In this document: piece after piece, positions 44,860 to 50,368 of the stretch
Position numbering within the stretch: the first letter of the stretch is position 1
How the letters are laid out: every line of letters begins with the position of its first letter
DNA from: Escherichia phage GaoY1-9D
Direction: 5' to 3' (one strand)
Length of the DNA stretch: 50,368 nt
Sequence record: PP971806.1
The notes under the pieces: generated by a model
Database searches by the model: none
Seen by the model: only the letters and a program-made list of their open reading frames with translations
What the model was told of the DNA's origin: nothing
Translations under genes and position numbers: made by a program

Positions 44860-45666
44860 TTATATGTCGCTGAAAACTTCACAGCTTTCACTGCAAGATC
44901 CGGTGTCGAATGATTTGGCCCCTCTAACCCTTGAGGCTATCTCATCTCTCGACTGTGGAAACATCTGTATAATGTCACCGATTGAGCGCCTTCCTCTGTA
45001 CATGTCAGATGATGATTCCTTTTTATTGTGCTCACTAATTGTGTCAATGAATAGCTTTGCAAGTTCCGGCTCATCTTTACACGCAAGCGCAATCTTAAGC
45101 TCTGACTTCTTGATGCAGAAAACGCAGTTACCAAGATGCTCATCAATTTCAAGGTCAAATGGCATGTCATGCCAGAAGTCGATAATGTCCTGTTTTTCGA
45201 AATCAGATATGTCAGCAAGGTAACTGAACCCATCGACGGGTTTTAGTCTCTTTGGCTCATCGGCACGAATACCAATCCATCTCTGATAATTACCCTTACC
45301 ATACTTCTCCTCGCAGTACTTCTCGAATGGCTTAGTCTTCATCCTGTTCGTACAGAATGGCCCGCCTTGGTATGGATTTCCGTACTTCCTTAGCATTCTA
45401 ATCCACCCAGTCAGATCATGGTGAATGTCATCGACGCTGACAACTTCGAAAGATGGAGCCCCGCGGAACTTATCGCTGGGCAAACATCTCAGGCAGGTTA
45501 TCGGCCTTGAAAGCATTGATGAGACTTTACGGATAAACTCATATGTCTTCGGATGCTCTGCTCCAGTGTCCATATAAATCACCTCCGCGTCAGGATGAAT
45601 CTTGAGTACCTCAAGTGTCATGTATGCCGAAGTCCTGCCGCCGCTAAAACTAATTACCTGATTCAT
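44860..45666 (-). CDS. PAPS reductase-family PP-loop ATPase
   Basis: PP-loop SFSGGRTSAYM at N-terminus; ATG 45666 with RBS AGGAG. Confidence 0.7.
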   Translation of the reverse strand: MNQVISFSGGRTSAYMTLEVLKIHPDAEVIYMDTGAEHPKTYEFIRKVSSMLSRPITCLRCLPSDKFRGAPSFEVVSVDDIHHDLTGWIRMLRKYGNPYQGGPFCTNRMKTKPFEKYCEEKYGKGNYQRWIGIRADEPKRLKPVDGFSYLADISDFEKQDIIDFWHDMPFDLEIDEHLGNCVFCIKKSELKIALACKDEPELAKLFIDTISEHNKKESSSDMYRGRRSIGDIIQMFPQSRDEIASRVRGAKSFDTGSCSESCEVFSDI

Positions 45667-45744
45667 TTCAACTCCTATTTGTGCGCTAAATAACAACCAG
45701 ATGATAGCAACTAACCCATGAATGGTCATTAGCAAAAAGTGCTA
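45667..45744 (-). promoter_or_regulatory. cassette-like element upstream of PAPS reductase gene
   Basis: minus strand TAGCACTTTTTGCTAAT at 45728-45744. Confidence 0.45.
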
Positions 45745-46373
45745 TTCGTTCGATTTATGGATTGTTGCAGCTATTGCAATGATTCACATGACTATTGCAC
45801 AGATAGCAATATTGCATCTATTGCAATGATGTTTTCTATTGTTGCGAATTGAGCAATGATTCATTGATGGGGGGAATGATGGGGTGATCAAGGATCACCT
45901 GATCGACTGGTAGGATTTTCCCGCCACACGCTTCTAGCGTATACGCGTTATTTATGTTATGCCATGTAGACACACCAGCACTCCGTAGGAATCATGTACG
46001 CATATCACGCTTAATTACGCCATGGTTACATTAAAATATCCTTATATAATAACCATTTATCTATATTATTATTATTAATATATATATATGTAGATAATGT
46101 AGATAGTGGATATGTGATATTGCGATAGTTTTCTATGATATTTTCCTACACCTGTAGGAATATGACGACATTGTAGGAATAAAAGGGCATGTAGGGGCCC
46201 ATTTGCTAAAAATCCTTATCTACAAACTATACGCAGACTTTACATTGAGCTATATCTGGGGCGATTGGTGGAAATATGTAACTAATCAGAAAATTTGCAC
46301 CGATAACACTTGATAACACGTAGATGTGTGATACTATGGAATCATCTTAGCGAAGACCAACCAATCAGGAGTA
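45745..46373. repeat. AT-rich non-coding region with TATTGCAATGAT repeats, GATC-rich palindrome, GTATAC and GTAGGAAT motifs and (TTA)n/(TA)n tract
   Basis: TATTGCAATGAT at about 45772 and 45819; GGTGATCAAGGATCACCTGATC; TGTAGGAAT three times; core related to 25560..25665. Confidence 0.6.
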
Positions 46374-46901
46374 ATGAGTATGTCAGAGCACAAAGAAGCA
46401 GTAAGCCTCGGTGACGTTATCCGCTACATGGCGGAGCAAGCGCTCAAGTCCGAGAACCGCAGCTACCACGTCCCAATCCATCTAATAGCTCGCCAGGTTT
46501 ACGGCCTCACATCTAGTGATATAGGAGGCATAAGTCGTGAGGATCTGGATGTAGGTGGCAAGTACAGTATGGCAAAGCTGAAGGCGTCATATGTCGCCAA
46601 TACGGTAGCCAGGATGCCAGAGATACAGGCGGCAAACGTTCGTGCAAAACTTTCAATTAAGGATGGTGATTTCGGTGATGACGTCGAGGTTCGGTGTGCT
46701 TATCTGTCTTTGGTTGATGGCGCAATCCAGACAGGAAAGCGAGTGAAGGCAAACTGCCAGATTGCAGAGAAGGCTGTGAGCGACTTTAAGGTCAAAATAC
46801 TCAAGCTGATGCCATCCGTGACTAACTTTGAGGGCGATGAGATTACAGGAGCCATCAAGGCAATCAAAATGTACCAGGAAATGATTAGGGAGACGAAATA
46901 A
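46374..46901 (+). CDS. hypothetical protein
   Basis: ATG 46374 with RBS AGGAG; first gene after AT-rich region. Confidence 0.5.
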   Translation: MSMSEHKEAVSLGDVIRYMAEQALKSENRSYHVPIHLIARQVYGLTSSDIGGISREDLDVGGKYSMAKLKASYVANTVARMPEIQAANVRAKLSIKDGDFGDDVEVRCAYLSLVDGAIQTGKRVKANCQIAEKAVSDFKVKILKLMPSVTNFEGDEITGAIKAIKMYQEMIRETK

Positions 46902-47464
46902 TGTGGATGTTTGATTTTAACGAAGAGAAGCTGACAGATGAGCAGATTATGAAGATTGCTACGGAAGATGGGATTCCACCACTACGAGTTGCAATCAATG
47001 CTAACGGATACCGACAGTCACAAAAGTACTGGTGCGAATTAGAAGTTATGCGTCGCGCAAACCTAAATCGTGAACAATGCGTCGTGGTTGAAAAGATCTG
47101 GAAGCAAGCGATAAATGGAAAAGGCGTTGTGGGAGTTCGCTCAACATATGAGGCGATCAGAAAGGTCCAGCCGTTCGTCGAGCGTAATGGAGTAATGAAT
47201 AACCTGATTGACAATATCCTACCATCACTACAGGACGCGGGAATCATTTGCCTTATTGGTGACAAGATATATGCACACCCATACCTGGTGGGCATGTATG
47301 GGAGAGACATCCACAAGTGGTGCGACTCATGGAGATCGGTTGAGCGCAAATCTCATAGCAAATTGCAGGCAAGCTCAGACATGATTCATGGCTATGATGC
47401 CGATGATGTCAGAAAGGCTGTCGAGTTTTATCGGAAAGCTAAATCACTCCTGAACGGTGAATAG
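46901..47464 (+). CDS. hypothetical protein, truncated paralog of the 40342..41925 P-loop protein
   Basis: shares MFDFNE-KL ... PPLRVAINANGYRQSQ and GKGVVGVRS-YEA-RKV-PF ... CLIGDKIY with the 527-aa protein. Confidence 0.55.
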   Translation: MWMFDFNEEKLTDEQIMKIATEDGIPPLRVAINANGYRQSQKYWCELEVMRRANLNREQCVVVEKIWKQAINGKGVVGVRSTYEAIRKVQPFVERNGVMNNLIDNILPSLQDAGIICLIGDKIYAHPYLVGMYGRDIHKWCDSWRSVERKSHSKLQASSDMIHGYDADDVRKAVEFYRKAKSLLNGE

Positions 47465-47525
47465 CACGAATTGCTAAACAATAAATCGGGTAGTCAGCTA
47501 TGATTACCCTATCGACAACAAAGAG
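47462..47525 (+). promoter_or_regulatory. intergenic cassette copy
   Basis: TAGCACGAATTGCTAAA; GGGTA/TACCC around GCTATGAT; TATCGACAACAAAGAGG. Confidence 0.55.
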
Positions 47526-47528
47526 GAA

Positions 47529-47738
47529 ATGATTATGGAAACTGTACGTATTGACGATGTTCACTTTGACCAAGCAGAGGTCAGCGTTAGAAAAACAGTT
47601 CGTGGGGCGGTTGTATCTCTAGACTTTGATCCTGACGACTACGCAGACTGTCAAACACTGATGCAATACTCACCTGATGCTGCCCGCAAATTAGCTGCGG
47701 CATTAATCCTTGCGGCAGACGAAGTAGAGGGGAAGTAA
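47529..47738 (+). CDS. small protein, paralog 1 of tandem triplet
   Basis: C-terminal motif DAARKLAAALILAADEVEG shared with next two ORFs. Confidence 0.5.
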   Translation: MIMETVRIDDVHFDQAEVSVRKTVRGAVVSLDFDPDDYADCQTLMQYSPDAARKLAAALILAADEVEGK

Positions 47739-47740
47739 TT

Positions 47741-47947
47741 ATGGAATCTGTAATTATCGAAGATTTCGCAGGTGACAGCACAGAGGTGTCAACATCCGTA
47801 TATTACGACGGCATCGTGAGCATTGACATTGACATTGACACCGAAGACCGTGGCTATAGCTCCACTATGGCTCATTACACACCAGAACAAGCACGCAAGC
47901 TGGCGGCGGCGCTTATCCTGGCGGCGGAAGAGGCAGACAATCAATGA
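47741..47947 (+). CDS. small protein, paralog 2 of tandem triplet
   Basis: C-terminal EQARKLAAALILAAEEAD. Confidence 0.5.
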   Translation: MESVIIEDFAGDSTEVSTSVYYDGIVSIDIDIDTEDRGYSSTMAHYTPEQARKLAAALILAAEEADNQ

Positions 47948-48162
47948 GAGACATTCGAGTTAACTCATCATGGAATCAGGAAACAGAAATCTCAGTAATC
48001 AAGGTTCCGTTCGGAAAGATGCGTAAGCGCGTGCACCTGGACCTTTCGCCGGATTCGCAAGTGGATGGCGCTGGCATGACATACACCGCAGAGCAGGCGC
48101 GCGAACTTGCTGCGGCGCTAATTAAGGCAGCTGAGGAAGTGGAGGCGGAAGTCGATGAGTAA
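47944..48162 (+). CDS. small protein, paralog 3 of tandem triplet
   Basis: C-terminal EQARELAAALIKAAEEVEAE. Confidence 0.5.
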   Translation: MRDIRVNSSWNQETEISVIKVPFGKMRKRVHLDLSPDSQVDGAGMTYTAEQARELAAALIKAAEEVEAEVDE

Positions 48163-48355
48163 ATTCAGGATCGCATTGATTGAAACAACAACCGCCTTCG
48201 GTCATCCGGTCAAGTGGTATGCCGTCCAGAAACGGGTGGCCTTGTTCTGGTGGGTGACAGTGGCACATGCAAGCCAGATTGACCAGGCTCGCTACTGGCT
48301 GCATAAGTCCGGCGCACCGCATCGCAAAGAGAATGTGGTGCGAGTGGTAGAATAG
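48155..48355 (+). CDS. hypothetical protein
   Basis: start overlaps previous stop; stop TAG is first triplet of cassette. Confidence 0.45.
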   Translation: MSKFRIALIETTTAFGHPVKWYAVQKRVALFWWVTVAHASQIDQARYWLHKSGAPHRKENVVRVVE

Positions 48356-48420
48356 CACTTTTTGTTAAAACTACCGTGAGTGCACTTGCTATAGTGCACT
48401 CATTGAATCGAAACAACCAA
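48353..48420 (+). promoter_or_regulatory. intergenic cassette copy
   Basis: TAGCACTTTTTGTTAAAA; hairpin GAGTGCAC/GTGCACTC with TGCTATAGT; ATTGAATCGAAACAACC. Confidence 0.6.
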
Positions 48421-48475
48421 TTAGTCTGATACTGTTTTAATATTGTATTTCCACTTAATTATTGAGGTTAAGGCC

Positions 48476-48688
48476 ATGTTAGTAAGACCAAAAATGAACA
48501 AGGTAGAGCTTGAAGGCGATAATGAGATTGTACTCACGCGTAAAAATGAAGGCATCAATTATGACATAAGAAATGAGAGCAATGTAGCAGTATGCATTAG
48601 CAACTTTAGCTTTTATGGATTGACGCAAAAAACCAGGTTAGGCAGATTCTTTGCAGCGATGAGGATTGTATGGAAATTCTGTAAATAA
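48476..48688 (+). CDS. hypothetical protein
   Basis: ATG 48476 with RBS GAGGTTAAGG. Confidence 0.45.
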   Translation: MLVRPKMNKVELEGDNEIVLTRKNEGINYDIRNESNVAVCISNFSFYGLTQKTRLGRFFAAMRIVWKFCK

Positions 48689-48706
48689 ACACTCAGGAGA
48701 ATCAGA

Positions 48707-48925
48707 ATGAACAACGAAGAAATGATTAAGATCCGTATTATCAAGTCTCCGTATCAGGGCGTTGACTCAAGCAAGCTGCCAGTGGTGGCGATGGCCTGGA
48801 AGTTGGTAGGCGATAACGAAGAGCCATTTTACATGGTTGACGCAGATTTCATTCCGGCGCTCAGCAAGAAAGGAATGGCACCAGGCGAATGGCCCTTTGC
48901 AGAGGATGAGGTTGAATTGCTATGA
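48707..48925 (+). CDS. hypothetical protein
   Basis: ORF with RBS AGGAGA. Confidence 0.45.
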   Translation: MNNEEMIKIRIIKSPYQGVDSSKLPVVAMAWKLVGDNEEPFYMVDADFIPALSKKGMAPGEWPFAEDEVELL

Positions 48926-49020
48926 AGTTCAAATTAGTTGACGTGCTGCAATTGCTTCTTGTTGGGTTATCCTGGGTGCTTCTGTTCCTGGTGATTATCT
49001 TTCTGGTAGTGGTTAAATAG
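48922..49020 (+). CDS. small hydrophobic peptide (32 aa)
   Basis: ATGA overlap with previous stop; LLLVGLSWVLLFLVIIFLVVV; stop TAG inside cassette. Confidence 0.3.
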   Translation: MKFKLVDVLQLLLVGLSWVLLFLVIIFLVVVK

Positions 49021-49095
49021 CACGAATTGCTAAACCTTCCGCAAGGCCATTTGATATAGTGGCCTTATTGAAGCAAAACAACCAATCACAGAGGA
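49018..49095 (+). promoter_or_regulatory. intergenic cassette copy
   Basis: TAGCACGAATTGCTAAA; hairpin AAGGCCA/TGGCCTT with TGATATAGT; ATTGAAGCAAAACAACC. Confidence 0.6.
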
Positions 49096-49102
49096 TTCAC
49101 AA

Positions 49103-49483
49103 ATGAAAGTACGTTTACTTAACCCGTCAATCTACTCCCTCAAACCAAACCAGAAACTTAGCGATTGGAGCAAGGTCGCCGATCCGGAAAGTTACCCCGT
49201 AGTGGTTGAGACTGATGATATCAGCCATGAACCTAAAATCATTCAGGATGCATTCAAGGATCGCGCTCTTGTCGGTGCTAGTGAGCTGGATCGTGTTTTT
49301 AACATGGGTGGAGGTTACAAACGAAGAAGCGACACGCAGCTTGGATGGTGGAACAATCAGAATAACTCAAGTCGCCCACATATCCCTAGTAACTCCTGGG
49401 AGCCAGTCGGCCCGTTCGATTTCTGGAACAAATTAAAGGCATCACGCGAAATTGGTGAAACTGTAGGTAAGGGTTACTTATGA
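49103..49483 (+). CDS. hypothetical protein
   Basis: ORF with RBS AGAGGA after cassette. Confidence 0.5.
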   Translation: MKVRLLNPSIYSLKPNQKLSDWSKVADPESYPVVVETDDISHEPKIIQDAFKDRALVGASELDRVFNMGGGYKRRSDTQLGWWNNQNNSSRPHIPSNSWEPVGPFDFWNKLKASREIGETVGKGYL

Positions 49484-49659
49484 TTACTTTATGCATCGTG
49501 CTTTACATCCTGGGCGCACTTCCGGTTTATGCAATTGCAAAAGATGTTAGCAATAGTGACAACAAGTGGTACGACATGGTAATCGTTGCCGCTATCTGGC
49601 CCCTGGCCATTTCGCTCGGAGTGGTCAAGGGCATCTACCAAAAGTTGAAGGAGCAATGA
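49480..49659 (+). CDS. small membrane protein (59 aa)
   Basis: ATG 49480 overlapping previous stop; two hydrophobic segments. Confidence 0.35.
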   Translation: MITLCIVLYILGALPVYAIAKDVSNSDNKWYDMVIVAAIWPLAISLGVVKGIYQKLKEQ

Positions 49660-49865
49660 TTATGATCCCGTTGAAGCCAATAGTTTTTATGCGTAATGGC
49701 ATTTGGTTTGCGGTAGTTTGTGGAACTGGATACGTCTATTCAAAAACAGCCGGAAGATGGTATAAGGCTTTAAGCCAGGCGATGGTATTTACTAATTTGG
49801 TTACAGCCATCCGAACAGGAACGGCATATCAGGTTAAGGGGTTAAAAAATGCAAGTCTACACTAA
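49656..49865 (+). CDS. hypothetical protein
   Basis: ATG 49656 overlapping previous stop; track ORF 49566..49865. Confidence 0.4.
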   Translation: MIMIPLKPIVFMRNGIWFAVVCGTGYVYSKTAGRWYKALSQAMVFTNLVTAIRTGTAYQVKGLKNASLH

Positions 49866-50067
49866 CAGTAAAGGCATCGAATTTTGTGCGGTCGGAGATG
49901 TTGTCCTGCGCACTGGTAGCGATGTCGGGGTTGTTAAAATCTCACGCATCACACAGGATCAGTTGGTAAAGGGCATCCAGGCTGGAATCTTTACCTATCA
50001 CTCATCGTTGACGGCTGATGATTACATCACACTTGATGCTGCGGTTCGCGTTGGGTTCATCGAATAG
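49849..50067 (+). CDS. hypothetical protein
   Basis: ORF; stop TAG is first triplet of cassette. Confidence 0.45.
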   Translation: MQVYTNSKGIEFCAVGDVVLRTGSDVGVVKISRITQDQLVKGIQAGIFTYHSSLTADDYITLDAAVRVGFIE

Positions 50068-50140
50068 CACTTTTTGTTAAAACTTGCTCGGAGACATTAG
50101 CTATAGTGTCTCCTGTCAAGTGAACACAAATCAACTGAGG
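50065..50140 (+). promoter_or_regulatory. intergenic cassette copy
   Basis: TAGCACTTTTTGTTAAAA; hairpin GGAGACA/TGTCTCC with GCTATAGT; RBS GAGGAA. Confidence 0.6.
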
Positions 50141-50148
50141 AATCACAT

Positions 50149-50368
50149 ATGAACAGCATCAACCGATATATCCCTGTGTCAGCGCCAACCAGCGTCAACA
50201 TTCACGGCGTCGGAATGCAATCCTGCGACGATGGAGCATGGGTATCCTACGCAATGCATAAAAAAGAAATTGAGTCGTTACAGGCGCGTTTAAATGCCTT
50301 AGAATCGAATCAAAAACATCAAATTTCTGTGCCGTCAATTATCGCCGATCATGTTGAGCAAGCAATCC
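50149..50368 (+). CDS. hypothetical protein, 3' end cut by window (same gene as 13..714)
   Basis: ATG 50149 with RBS; in frame with 13..714 across the terminal duplication. Confidence 0.5.
   Translation, partial: MNSINRYIPVSAPTSVNIHGVGMQSCDDGAWVSYAMHKKEIESLQARLNALESNQKHQISVPSIIADHVEQAI

Noticed and set aside
45770-45860. CRISPR array or tandem repeat element among the TATTGCAATGAT repeats
   Set aside because: The repeats are short (about 12 bp), irregularly spaced and imperfect, with no repeat-spacer periodicity; they look like protein-binding iterons.
1-50368. Prophage, integrase or lysogeny module
   Set aside because: No tyrosine or serine recombinase-like ORF, no CI/Cro-type divergent switch and no attachment-site repeats were seen; gene content fits a virulent phage, though this cannot be proven from sequence alone.

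Overview
The window looks like a complete, circularly permuted genome of a lambda-type-tailed siphovirus of enterobacteria, about 50.2 kb, with gene content resembling T1-like (Drexlerviridae-type) phages; that family assignment is inference from gene content and motifs, not from any search. Bases 1..127 are identical to 50242..50368, so the unit length is 50,241 bp and one CDS crosses the junction. Plus-strand order: small early genes, HAD phosphatase and P-loop kinase, a moron-like cassette, terminase small and large subunits, portal, head morphogenesis, scaffold, major capsid, head-tail joining genes, major tail protein, G/GT chaperones with a candidate -1 frameshift, tape measure, M/L/K/I/J tail tip genes; then a minus-strand receptor-binding protein plus lipoprotein; a recombination module (exonuclease, Erf-like annealing protein, SSB); a minus-strand lateral tail fiber, primase and HTH regulator; helicase, HNH endonuclease, VRR-NUC nuclease, Dam methyltransferase, metallophosphoesterase; lysis cassette (holin, endolysin, unimolecular spanin); a minus-strand accessory island of about 5.7 kb; and a plus-strand block of small early genes. 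No tRNA, CRISPR array, integrase or CI-like repressor was recognised. The most striking non-coding feature is a roughly 65-bp intergenic cassette present in about 20 copies in front of non-structural genes, with its dyad overlapping the upstream stop codon. Other leads are two related AT-rich iteron regions, a small acidic protein ending in an SSB C-terminal-like tip, a minimal kinase-like ORF, a tandem triplet of small paralogs, and a P-loop protein with a truncated paralog.
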